Of a DNA stretch of 64,000 nt, positions 1 to 14,275 are shown in pieces (the first letter of the stretch is position 1; each line of letters begins with the position of its first letter). The DNA comes from Trichinella spiralis. Lineage: Eukaryota. The position numbers and the translations under genes were made by a program. The DNA is taken from assembly GCF_000181795.1 (NCBI RefSeq), contig NW_003526945.1, positions 2,670,488-2,734,487 of the forward strand, written 5' to 3'. The notes under the pieces are model-generated. The model saw nothing but the letters and a program-made list of their open reading frames with translations. It did no database searches and was not told the DNA's origin.

Positions 1-1951
<1,951 letters not shown>

Positions 1952-3193
1952 GAGCAGTATTCTAATTAATTTTGCCGTTGAATTCTGTGTTCACGATCAA
2001 TTAATTATAGATATAAAGATAGACTTGCTTTTAATGATACATCCAAATTAGATGTATTTATTAGATTGTTCATCTTGTTAACTTTAGAATGATGAATAAA
2101 AGCATTTTGTTGAATTGTTTAATTGGGAGAAAAGAATGCGATTTTATTATTTTTTGTTTGCATCGAAAGCATCGATTTCAATAATATATACACAATTTCT
2201 TTTTTCTACATTTTTTAAAGTGTACAGTCTGCAGCTATTCGGTGACGACGTAGGCTCAGCAAATGAGTGAAATTTCCCTTAAACATGTTGTTATCAATTC
2301 ATTGGACAATTGGACAATTGAAAATGTTTGTTTTCAATACAGAAAGAAATATATTTGCATGAAATTGTGATAAACTTTTTTTTCATAAATTTTTTATTCA
2401 AAAAAAATTGCAGACACATTAACAAACAAAAAACTTCTTTTGTTTATTTTTTAATGTAAAATAATTAAATTAAAAACAAAAAGAATTAAATGTAAAAGTT
2501 TTGTTTACTACAATTACAGTATATATAAATTACCGTATAGTAACAGAACATGCTTATACTTTAATCCTCACGTTTCACAGTGGTTCATGTATGTTAATTC
2601 CGGTTAGGGCGTGGTTTTTTTTGGTTTTCATTTTATCGAAATTATACTTCGCATAGTTTAATTTCACAAGCAAACAACCGAATCTTCCTTTTAGCGAACT
2701 GTTTTCAAGCAATAGCCGTTGAAACTTTGTTCTGCACACACACACGCACGCTCACACATCCATTTGATGTTTTTGAATTTATGTTAAAATTGATTGCATT
2801 TTATTTCTTTTATTTTTGCTTTTACTCACTTTATGAATCATTTCTTCCATTATGAGTATGAATGATTTCGTTTTCACTTTTTTGTTACAAGTTGCGTCAT
2901 CTTTGTAAACGTTAATTTTCCCAATCGAATCATCAGAACGAGCGCAGAATGGACTGCGCAAAAGTTCAACTGTCGTTCGTTTTTGCTTACATTTTTGTAA
3001 TTTTTGACACTGTTCTATTCAGTGTCAATTTTTGCTGAATAATATTAATTTTCTTTTATAATTAATTGTTAAACAATTTTGTTTTTCTCTATTATCATTT
3101 TGTTGAGTGCATCAGTAAGTAGTGTTGGAAAACATTGAAGCGTTTGTTCATTTCAGTTGATTTGTTGTTTTTGTTTTTAGTTTTTACAGCAGT

Positions 3194-6100
3194 ATGGCTT
3201 CACTGGAAGGTATATTTTATCTTTATTTAAACTGTTGGAGGTGAATGAAATGTAATTTTTTTAAAGATATGATTAATGCTCTGTTCGAAAGCGCTAATGA
3301 CAAAGATGATTCTGTGGTGGAAGCGGTTTTTACTTCGCTGAGAACAATCGGTCTAAATCAGCCGGAAACATTTTTGCTTTTGTCACACAACTTTCTGTCT
3401 CAACAAACAAAAGTGAGTCCAACTGAAATGGTGATACAAGGCACAATTGCGTTCTGTTTGTAACATTGCATTATCATATTATTTGTAATTTTATTTAATT
3501 ATGTATTTATTTAACAGCGAATAGGAGTTGTAAAATTTTTTGAATTATCTGTAAAGTATTAAAATGATTTTTTGTAGATATTAAAATCGCGTCTTTTGTC
3601 TAAAAAGGGTAAAGGAATTACGTTTACTTTTATCGTGTAAATGATATTGTCAGTATGAGTTTCCATAGTTATTTTTTTAAACTAATTTTAAGCTTTTTTG
3701 TGCTTTTACATTTATTACTTTATACAGTTTAATGGTTTTTGTAAAGAAATTTTTATTGGTTTTTTACTGCTGGAGTACGTGTTGTTTCTTGACTTACTGT
3801 AGTAATAATCAAGTATTATAATTATAACGATGCGTACGTTCGTCGAAAATTTCTATGAACTTATTTGAAAAATTAAAGATGAGTTTTTAATATTTAATAA
3901 AGAATAATTTAAATGAAATAATATTTAAAATTGTTATTCAGATCAGTTTCAAACATCGCGAATTGATATTGAAATCGATGAGGTATGTTTGCGCGGAAAA
4001 TTTGGCCTCCATTTCCAACAGCACGATTGCATTGGTGATCAGTTTATCTACGCAGGAGATCACACAATCGAAAGTATGACAAAATTTGTATTTTATTTTT
4101 ACTGAAATTTCTTTTTGTTCTCGTTGAAAAACAAAGGACTCTTCCGATGATTGGCAAACTACCAGCTCTTCAATATTGGTAGTATTGAGCAGAAATCATT
4201 GCAAATCTGTTGTTGATTGCATTATGCAAAAATTCCAAGCCGGCCTTCCATTTTGCCACATTATTATCAGCACACTGGGCGAAATAGCGTTGACCAATCG
4301 TGAGGAGCAAATTTATTCATCTGAACAAGATGCATCATCTTCTACAGTGGTGTGTAAATAATTGATGATGATATTTCAGCTTTCGATTTTTGTCCCAATT
4401 TGCCGGAAGTGTTGAATCGAATTACAGCAATGATGAGCACACTGAAAACAGAGTCTGTCCGAATTGTATCCGCTACAGGTAATGATTTGAATTGTTGTTC
4501 AACAAGTGATGTTCTTATGTGATGCAGGTATACGAAAGCTCGGCGAAGCGTATTTGGAATTTTTGGCCAGTGGATGCTCGCAGTCCCATTCCGAAGTTGT
4601 GGATCCGTCTGCTTCGTTTGTCAGCATCTACGATCACGTGATTTCCACTTGGCTTCCTTCAAGAGATTATAAAGTGACTGTTCTGTTCTGTTTTGTTCTG
4701 TAGCTTGTTTGTGTTTCATATATATATTCTTCTGTTTATTTCTGTTGCACAGTTACGTTGTGCGAACTTGCACATGTTGGGCGTCTTGACGAATTTTTTG
4801 CCGGTGGATCGACTGAGAGAAGAAACGTCAAAGTTGATCCGGATGATAGCACCGACTCATTGGAAAACCACTGATCCTGTTCTTTCGATAGAGGTATATT
4901 ATTCAACATTGTCTCGTCAACTGCTCGAGATTATTGTTCTGAATTTCAGGCACTGTGCCATATCATACAATCGACTAACAAATTTGATTGTCAAATACCT
5001 GATTCGGTGATAGATCATTTGTTATTATGTATGATCTGTCAGGTATGTTGTATTGTTTTTTTTCAAAGCTCACTGACTGGCTACTGTGGTGTTTGATGTG
5101 GGTGTGATTCAGGTTGGCGCAGCGTCGCAGGTGAAAAATGTCCAAAATCTTCGATATCAGGGAGAAGTTTTGCGGTTCTTCAGCTACAGCAGTAAAAATC
5201 ATTGAAATCGTTTGCCATGCTGGAAAAACATTTTAATTTTAATATGATATTTTTTTTCAGCGGAAAAATACCAATCTCGACTTTGTCGTATTTTAACAGA
5301 CAAACTGTTGAGTGGCCAGGAAAAGATTCGCTGTGATGTGTTGCTGATTTTTAAACATTTGATTAATTCCAGTTAGTGATTTTGTTTGTTTGTTTGTTGT
5401 GGAACAGAGTTTAAAACTTTTTTTTTCCTATTCAGAATCATTATCCATAGACAATGGTCGGCAAATATTGGCAACGTTGAGACCGTTTCTTACCGGAGAG
5501 TTCAGAATCAGCGTTTTGGTAATTTGATAATTTGATGATTTATGTTTTTTTTTGTTCATTTAATTTCATCCCCAAATCGTACAATGAACTGAACCGTATA
5601 TGTTTTATGGTCTAGATGAAGAATTACATTTTCTATTTGCTGGTTGCTCTCCTCGAAGGTGAATATATTGCGCCCGATGGAAGTGAAATTTGCGTTCATT
5701 TCATGCTTCGTCAGTTGATGGAGAACAACGAATCAGGAAACGTAGGCGATATTATTTTAATCATTTGCAGCTTGAGGTACTTGAATTCAAGTATTTTTAT
5801 TGTTTTTTTTTTGTTCAGCCTGGAAAAACCAACTCGATACCATTGGTCCAGGCGAACAAGAAATCTCAATTTTGTCAGTCGATCTGTTATTTAATAAGCA
5901 ACGTTCCAAGTACTGAAGCGGTGAGCGGCTGCGGTTGTTGTTTATTTTTTTTCTTTATCACTGTTAATTGATGATTTATTTGATCCAGATATTTTGGCCG
6001 TTATTGTTTCGATATCTTTGCTGGGAAGAATATACTGAGCTGCTCGATGAAATTTGCAAATATTTGACCATCATTGCTAAACGAATGAATTCTACAGATC

Positions 6101-9100
6101 GTTTGACCATAGAATACTCAAATGGAGATGGTCTGTTTGATCATTTCAATTTATTATACAATTGAATGTTTTTTGTTTTAATTTAAACATTGCAGAGGGT
6201 TGGCCAAAGTCTCATGAGATATTTGCAAGATTGTTGGTGTGCCTTGGGACACCGTTCAAGAAGAAAATTTTCAACCAGAATGTGCTCGAATTGCTCGAGC
6301 AGATATCTTTGTTGTTCTTTCCTTTACTCGGCAAAATCTGGCCCGAACATATTAAACGTTTCCACCGAAGATTGGCAGGTTCAGTCACACGGATATTTAT
6401 TCATATTTTTTGTGGGGGGGGGGCGGGGTGTAAATTTTTGAAGATTCACCAAAAATAGTTGTTTTTTTTGTGTTTTTCAGAAGAAAATTTCAAATGCGAC
6501 GATCAGTGGCGAAAACAGTTGGCCGAAGTAAGTGGACCAAAACCATATGCTTGGGGAGGGGGGAGGGTTTTTTTCCAAATGTTGTCAGGTAATTGTTGTT
6601 GTTTTTTTCAAGTTTTTGACCAGAACGTTGAATTTTGTCAACAGCCACGAGTGGGTCATCAGTTTGGCCGCCGCCCTTCGCACCCACTTCGATTACTACC
6701 GCTGCCACGAAGAAGCCAAAGTTTGTTTGTTTTTTTTTTGATTTTTTTAATTCAAATTTAAATTTTTTCCTTTCCGCAGAGGGTGTGTTTTATGTGCTTT
6801 GGCATCACGCTTTCCAAGATGCAGGCGAGTACACTTGTGGTCGACTATTTGCAGGCGATTTTTGACAATACCAAGCACAATTCCATCATCCAACAGACGG
6901 TACGTTTTGGAGTGGAAGTTTTTTATTTTTTGGTTTTGTCCACCTTCAGTATCCCATTTTTTCAGAGCTGCGCCGAAGCTGTCGGCTACGTGGCACAGAG
7001 CCACGTGGACATTGTGTTGACTAAATTGGAAAACGTCATGAAAGATGACAACGCCAGAATATTGAATGACGTTTTTGGATTTTTCAGAGTAAATTTTTGA
7101 ATAACATTATTATTATTATTATTCTTGTTGTTGTAGTTTTATAATTTTTGCATTTTTCTTTCTCTCCTCTGCAGGATGCTCTAATGTGGAAGCCGTCAAT
7201 GGATGACGAGTTTGTAAGCATGCGCTCGACGGTGCTGCTTTGTTACGGCTACGTGGCGCTCAATTGTCCGTTGGGTCTGTTGGTGATAAAACTTGAACAT
7301 GTGATATTGCGTTGTTTGAGTAATTTCTTTCGGCAGGTTGAGGTGATTGATGATCAATCTGATTCGATTCGATTCGATTCGATTCGATTTTTAATTAATC
7401 CTCTTTAAATCAAATTCAATCCAACGCTTGTTGTTCTGTGTTTAAGGATGGAGAGGTACGGAGAAGTTTGTTGATTTCAATGAAACTGATCGCCATAGCC
7501 GTGCATCCATCACGAATTCAGTACAAATTTCCAATCAGGTCCAAACTTCTCCACTATGTGATGGTAATATATATATATTATATGCATTAATGATGGGATT
7601 CTTTTTTGATTTGCCTGTATCGACGAAGCGTCTGTTGCTTACTGTTGTTTGCTTATTATTTTTCTCACTCTCTCTTTCTCTTCACTTGAGGAATATATCA
7701 AATTCGAAGGACCAGAGATGGTGCACACGGATCTGCGAAAATTGGCCATCGAAGCCGCAATAGAGCTCGGGTATCATCAATTTGCATATTTATGAACAAA
7801 TTGCGAAGAAAGAAAGAAAGAAATAAAATTCATTTTTTCTGTTTATTAGCAAACTCAATCCACCGTTGAACGAATGCAGTATTCAGAAAGTGGGCGCAAC
7901 TTTTGCCGGTGTTGTTCTGCCTTTGGTAAAAGTTGAAGGCAATTCAGAAATACAGGTTCGAATTAATTTCTGTTGAAATATTGTTGCTTTGATTGTTGTT
8001 GTTCTTTGATGTTATTTGAATAATTTTTAGACCTTGGTTGACGATTGTTTGTTGCAATTCAACGCGTGGCTTTTGGAAAATTTGAATCGAAACATGACCA
8101 TTAATCAATTGGTCACTTTGTTGGAAGTAATAATTATCGAATGATTGTTGTAAATGCTTTTTTCATTCATTCATTTTTTTGTGTAGTTATTTTTGCCGTG
8201 CATTGCTTCGAAGAATCCGATTGAACGTGAACGGGCGATGGAATGTTGTAAATTGTTGTTGAAGCACTTTTTCGAGCACGTCGATCTTGTCTTGGGGGTA
8301 TGCATGGTTTTTCAACAATTGTGACTGACCATCGTCGGTCAGCATCATCATCATCATAATATATATGTTGAATAGAATTTTTTATTGAGCTGTACTTTTT
8401 TTTGTGATTTTAAGCAAGCGTTGTCATTTCGGATGTTCGGCTTTATTTTGGCGAAGTTTGCACCGAGAATGTTCGATTCTTCGTATCACGTTCGTGTTGC
8501 TTCGTTGGAATGCATCTATTGGTTGTTCACGATTGCAACCGCAAATTTGGGTAAATTTTTTTTGGGCACTTTGTTTGTTGCCGATCGACCGACCATTCAT
8601 TCATTTTCTTTTTATCACCAGGCCATGGAAGATGTTATCAAGATATTATTGTGGAAAAATTCAGACAACATTCAGAATTGTTGGACTTTTCATTGCCTGA
8701 TTCTCAAGCTCGACTGATGGAAACTTTTTGCGAAGTAATAGTTGAAATTTTTTCCAATTTTCCCTTCTTTGCTCTTTCCTCCCCCCCCCCTAACTTTTCA
8801 CTCTTCTGACAGGTGATTGAACAACGTATGCCAGTTCAACACGTGGTAAGTTATACGTTCGCACTGATTGAAATGTTGATCGACGACCAACCTTCGGTAT
8901 CTTGTGCAGCGGCTGGCCTTTTGAAATCCATCGTAACCAACCAAAGTTCCGTGATTGCTTCTGAGGTTGGTTGATATTGTGGAGGAATTTAATTTTTCTT
9001 CTTTTGCATTCTTTTGGTGCTATTATTAATTCTTACGATGTTGCTGTTATCTCTTCTTCTTACAGACATATTCGCTATTCCACGCGTTGATGAATAAATT

Positions 9101-11410
9101 TAACAATCGAAATATGTGCTTGCAAACGTACGTCGAAGCTTTGCAAGCGTTTTGTGAAATCGCCCGTCATCAAACTACCCTTCTGTTAAATTGCTTGCTC
9201 AGAGAATCTTTATCTTTTAATCGGTGAGTGTGTGCCATATGTTGGGAAAGAGGGGATTTTTCCCTTCCATACTTCATATTATCATAATAATATAATAATA
9301 ATAATTATTATTATTATTATTCAGCGTTGTTTGCGATTGTTGGCGCGTTTTGAGTCGCGATTCGAACATGTTCATTATGGTTATGGGACATTTGTTCGAA
9401 CCGATTGAAGCCGAATCTGATTCGGAACATGTAGATTTCCCGTTGACCGAACGTCCAACAGTACCGTTGTCTTCGATCGTGGCCACGGCCGCAATGAAAG
9501 AAGCAATTCAAGCAAGTGGCTATTTTTTTTCTTCTTTTATTTATTCTTATCATTTTTTATTTTCACACACAACAGGGCGTCGAGTCGAACAGCGTCTTGT
9601 TGGAATGTTTTCCAGAACTGTTGGCCACGTTGCTGCTCCAGTGCGCCAGGACCGCCGGGGGCGTGATTCGTCCACGTGCAGTCGTCGGGCACAATTTCAC
9701 CCCCGACCCGAATATTGGGTGCGGTTCGATCGCCGTCGCCGCCATAAGGGCGCTGTTGGTTCGCGCTCGTCTGGACGACGTGGTGCTCGCGTTGACCGAA
9801 GCTGACCGTTGGGACGATTTTGACCACCAGTACCATTACCCGGATGCGGTATTTGTGTTGAGAACGGAACAGTTTCTGTTTATTTGTTTGTTTATTTGTT
9901 TGTTTTTCAAGATTTATGAAATTTCCAATGCGATCGGAATCTATTATCCGGAATCGTTGCCAGCCATTTTTTCCCAGCTGAAAATGTTCTCGAATCCGGA
10001 CAGTGGCCGCAGTCGGTTGGTTCTGGCTTGCGTGTTCAGCGCATTTGTGAAATTTTGCAACTCCAACCAAGAACTGTTCGCCAGGGCAGTTGTCGACGAC
10101 CTGATGAACAAGTTCACCGACCGGGAACTGCTAATTCGAAAAGTGAGCAACAACAGACAACAGCACCCAACTGCTGAGATATTATTATTTTCTAAAAATT
10201 TAAAAATTTTTACTGTTTTTTTTTCTTTGAAATACAGATGGCAGCAAGAGGGTTTGGCAATATGGCCCACTGTGATACTAGACTACTTAACTCTTTTTGC
10301 GACTTGGCCATTAATTTATTGATTGCAGGTTTAGAAGACGCAAGCGATTTCAAAGGTGCAAATTTTTGAACTGGAAAAAAAATCGTCAATCAATTTATCA
10401 TTACTATTAGCGGAGAGGTATTTTATAATTTTTGTCTTTTTGTTTTGCAGATGAAATTGCTTTTGAAGCTATGCAGGGCTTAAGCAAATTGACCGCAAAA
10501 TGTATGCCGGATCAATTTGCCAACGTGCTAATTACCGTAGTCTTAGCAATACGCCCATTTTTTGAAAAAGTACGCTCATTGATTGGCTGATTTTTTTTTC
10601 CACTTTAAATCTGTTCGAATTTTATTCTTGCTTTTCAGGAAAGCGGTGCCATTCGTTCTGTTGCTTTCAATCTGTTGGGCAACATGAGCCGTTTCGGAAC
10701 AGATCGTAAATTTTTGGAACAAGTTCACGGTTGCATGATTTCTGTATTGTTGCACTTGAACGACGAAGTCGAAGATGTCTGCACCGTACGGACGAAATTT
10801 ATTATTCTCACGGAGGTTTTTTTTTTCTAAAATGTCTATGCAAATTTCAAGGCAGCAGCTTTCGCTTTGCAAGAGATGGTGAAATTGTTGAACTGCGAAC
10901 AATTGACTAAATTGTCAGCTAAAGCGAATCAAATTGGAAAAGAAATAACATATGCGGAATTTTTGAAAGAATTTGCCTCTATTTTGGTCTGTGAAATATA
11001 TATATATATATATATATATTCTTCTTCTTCTTCTTTTTGTTTCCTCACACTCATTCGATATATTTTTATATGTAAATTACGTTTCTGTTTTTTCTTCAGG
11101 TATCTTTTACAGAGCAAGTTGATTTGTACGCTTTGAACTGTTCCAACTACTTCAAGAGTGCTTCATCGAAAATGCGTTGCAACGCGACTTTGTTCATTGG
11201 TATGAGTGTTTTGATTTTTCCAATATTTATTTATTTATTTATTTATTTATTTATTTTGAAGGTTATTTTCTTGGCGTTGTTCCCGATGATTTGCGAACCA
11301 ATATTTCGAAAGAGGTGATCTTGAGCGGATTGATCATTTTGTTAAAAGAGCCAGAAGTTGAAGTACGTCGAGCGGCCGCTCTAGCAATGTCTTACCTTTA
11401 CGCGTACTGA
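3194..11410 (+). CDS. MROH1: Maestro heat-like repeat-containing protein 1 (HEATR7A), about 38 exons
   Basis: ATG at 3194 (MASLE) splices to DMINALFESANDKDDSVVEAVFTSLRTIG, resembling the MROH1 N-terminus. HEAT-like helical exons join by phase-compatible introns, including motifs FWPLLFRYL, LLCYGYVALNCP, FPELLATLLLQ, VLLHLND and the C-terminal LIILLKEPEVEVRRAAALAM. Confidence 0.88.
7361..7389. repeat. (GATTC)n pentanucleotide microsatellite in an MROH1 intron
   Basis: gattcgattcgattcgattcgattcgatt read directly. Confidence 0.9.
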
Positions 11411-11846
11411 AATCGATTCATTTGTACCTTGGAATCGTTGGGATTGTGATTCCAAGTGGAAGAAGTGCTTTTTATAAGTGTAAATTCTTTTCCGTTGTTG
11501 TTTGCAAATGTGAAAATCAACTTGCGCACTGAATTACACTGATTCCATTTATTACTTTATCAGAAGATGGATAATTTTTATTCATGCTCCATCCCATCAC
11601 CAAGCAGTTGTATGTTGTTGTAGTATTTTCTGTTTTTGTTTTCGCTATCTCTGAAATCACTCACTTCCTGCTCACCACAACTCCAATACGTGTATTTTTT
11701 TTTTGGTCCCTGAAGCTGCTGCTGTGTTGGCTTTCCGATGGAAAATGTGGTAGCTTCTTCTTCTTCTTCTTCTGCTTTTTTTCATTTTTCTGCCAACATT
11801 TTTTACTGCTCATTTCCCGATTCTCTCACGTGCATATTTTTTCCCG

Positions 11847-11880
<34 letters not shown>

Positions 11881-13240
11881 AACATATTTTTTACTCACCT
11901 GAATTTCCACTTGTGATCATTTTGTTTTTTTTTTGTTTTTTCCTGATTTTTATTTCAAATTTCTCCATACTTAATCCACATTCAATTTTCAATGATTTTC
12001 CAGTTGTTCAGTCGCCGTTTTTCAACTTTTTCAAATGCCAACCAATATTTTAATTGTTCATCAGAGAATTTTCCCATTTTATCTATCCTATGATCATCTT
12101 CAGCACACTGAAAGTTGTTGAGCTATTTTTCTTACTGATCATCTGTGTCGAGCTTATTATTATTATTATTATTATTATTGCCATTCTTTTTCTTTTCCAA
12201 GTCATCAGGCAGTTTTATTTCCATTTTAATTTATTTTCGCAGATTGGCGGGCATCTTCTCTCTTACTTCATTTATATGTATCTCTTTTATTCTCATGTTA
12301 TTTGTCATCGTAAAAGTACGAAGAAAGAAGATGTGTATTTTGTTATTATTCTCTTTTGGAACTTTTTCTATTTTTCTCTCTATTATTGACGTTTTCCATT
12401 TATATATTTGTCCATGATGATCTATCTATCCATTTGGATGTGAAATTTGTACATCCCGTGTTTCTTTCTATATTTATTCAGCTTTTCAAAAAATTGCAAT
12501 TTTCTTCTTCCTCTTCACTGTGAAAATTTATGATACAGTATCTATCCGTTTTCATATAAACAACAAACGAAAAAACAAATAAAATAAATTCCACCTGTAC
12601 ACGTGATATGTGGAGTGTGTTCAAAGAAGTGATCAATTTCTAGCAGCAGCATTGTTTGCAGCTTGATTTTATTTGTACCTTGTGCAGAGGGTTTTTCAGA
12701 AGACGATTTTGGACGTCGTCTATTTTTCTCATTCATCATCAAAGGCAAAACAACAAATCAACTGAAGTCGAAACTATAATAAATTCGCTTCTTCTGTAAA
12801 ATAATTTGGCAAGCATTCCATTTATAAATAAATAAAAACTGAAAGAAAAATCAAGATTGTACGAAATTGTGGAAAAAAGTGCTATTAGAAATAGTGCACA
12901 CAGCGTGTATGTCGAATGAGAAAGAGAGAGAGGAGTTGTGTGCTTGTTGCTGTGATCTTGTCTTGTGGTAAAAAAGCAACCTTTATCTTCTTGTTTTGTT
13001 TTGTTTTTGCTCTTTCTGTGCTTTTTTCAGCCGGATGTATGTTTAAAGTGGACAACAACTTTTGATTTAATATATGTTTCATATGTTTGTTGTTGTTATT
13101 GACAAAGCCAGAAAAGATACTACTTGTACAGCACTGTGCGGTGTGTGAATGGGAGCGGAAACGGGCGTTGGTGTTGGCTTGTGTGGAATGATGTTCAAGT
13201 GGAGACAAAGAGCAACAGCAACATCTACTACCGCGATGGG

Positions 13241-14275
13241 TCAAGTTGGCTCGTAAGGGGAGCTTGTGCGAAAGAATGGTATGAAAATGGCGAAGAAGAG
13301 ACGCCGGAACGCGGCCGACATGGACGTGTAAATGACAAAAGTGACCGCGCTGTTCATCAGTGAGAGCAGGTCCATGAAGGCGCCGGATTTTAGGTAAATT
13401 TTTGTTCGAAAATCTTTGAAAATTGCCGTGCCGACCAACAGCAGACCCTGGGGCAGTTCGGCGATCAAGAACGCGGCCAGCAGCACGATCAGCATCGGTG
13501 TGCTTCGGTCGTAGTCGCGCAGGGATCGGTGTATGGCGCCCGAGCTCATCCGCTTCCGACGGAAACGAGCCTTGCGCAACAGGTGCAACAGCATGCCGAT
13601 GAGCAGACTCTGGAAGATGCACGGGACCACTTTGAACGAAACCCCATTGCACCAGAAGGCGAACTTGAGCAAGAGCCGGTCGTTCTTTTGCGCGAACGTC
13701 GATATGCTGGTCACGTAGAAGGAGGACATTTCGGTCGAATTGGCGACGGTGGCGTTTTCCGTCGCCCAGCGTTGTTCTATTCCAAAAGAGAGCATGGTCG
13801 GGATGTCGAGCAGCAAGGCGATCAGAAAAATGGCAACGGAATATCTGGCCGCCGACCGCGGCGAACAGTGCCACAAACTCCGGCGCAGAGCCCTGCGTAC
13901 CGAATAGACGCGGATACTGGCCAACAGTACGGTCAGCCAGATGCTGGTCGCGTGCAGCACTACCGAAGCGTTCGAATGGAACAGCACGAATATTGCCCAG
14001 TAGAACATGCACGACGACGATGACTGATGGAAGTTGGTGATTTGCGACAACGAGAACATCAAGTAAGTTGTCATCACGCAAAAGTCGCATATTGAGATGG
14101 CGGTCAAAATGACGTTGGTCGGGCACAGTTTCATGCGCGTTCTGGTCAAAATGACGATGTTGACCAAGTTGAACAACATTCCCAACGAACAGACGAAACT
14201 GCTCAGGTAAGGATGCACGCGGTTGTAGCCTGACTGAAATTGGTCTAGATATTCGTAAAAGCTGACGTTGGACAT
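13241..14275 (-). CDS. Class A neuropeptide GPCR, myosuppressin-receptor/DMSR-like; 344 aa, CDS without introns
   Basis: Seven hydrophobic segments. Family-typical motifs YNRVHPYLSSFVCSLG..NLVNIVILTR..M..PTNVILTAISICD, SVVLHATSIWLTVLLA..R, KVVPC, DRSTPML..LLAAFLIAELPQG and MDLLSLMNSAVTFVIYTSMS..FR. Confidence 0.88.
   Translation of the reverse strand: MSNVSFYEYLDQFQSGYNRVHPYLSSFVCSLGMLFNLVNIVILTRTRMKLCPTNVILTAISICDFCVMTTYLMFSLSQITNFHQSSSSCMFYWAIFVLFHSNASVVLHATSIWLTVLLASIRVYSVRRALRRSLWHCSPRSAARYSVAIFLIALLLDIPTMLSFGIEQRWATENATVANSTEMSSFYVTSISTFAQKNDRLLLKFAFWCNGVSFKVVPCIFQSLLIGMLLHLLRKARFRRKRMSSGAIHRSLRDYDRSTPMLIVLLAAFLIAELPQGLLLVGTAIFKDFRTKIYLKSGAFMDLLSLMNSAVTFVIYTSMSAAFRRLFFAIFIPFFRTSSPYEPT

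Noticed and set aside
11584..12417. Hydrophobic ORFs downstream of MROH1
   Set aside because: Translations of T-rich, CT-repeat and ATT-repeat sequence between convergent 3' ends; no coding signature.
12885..14126. 413-aa minus-strand alternative-frame ORF and plus-strand ORFs overlapping the GPCR
   Set aside because: Shadow ORFs of a GC-rich CDS; no recognisable protein features, and the tail runs into low-complexity UTR.
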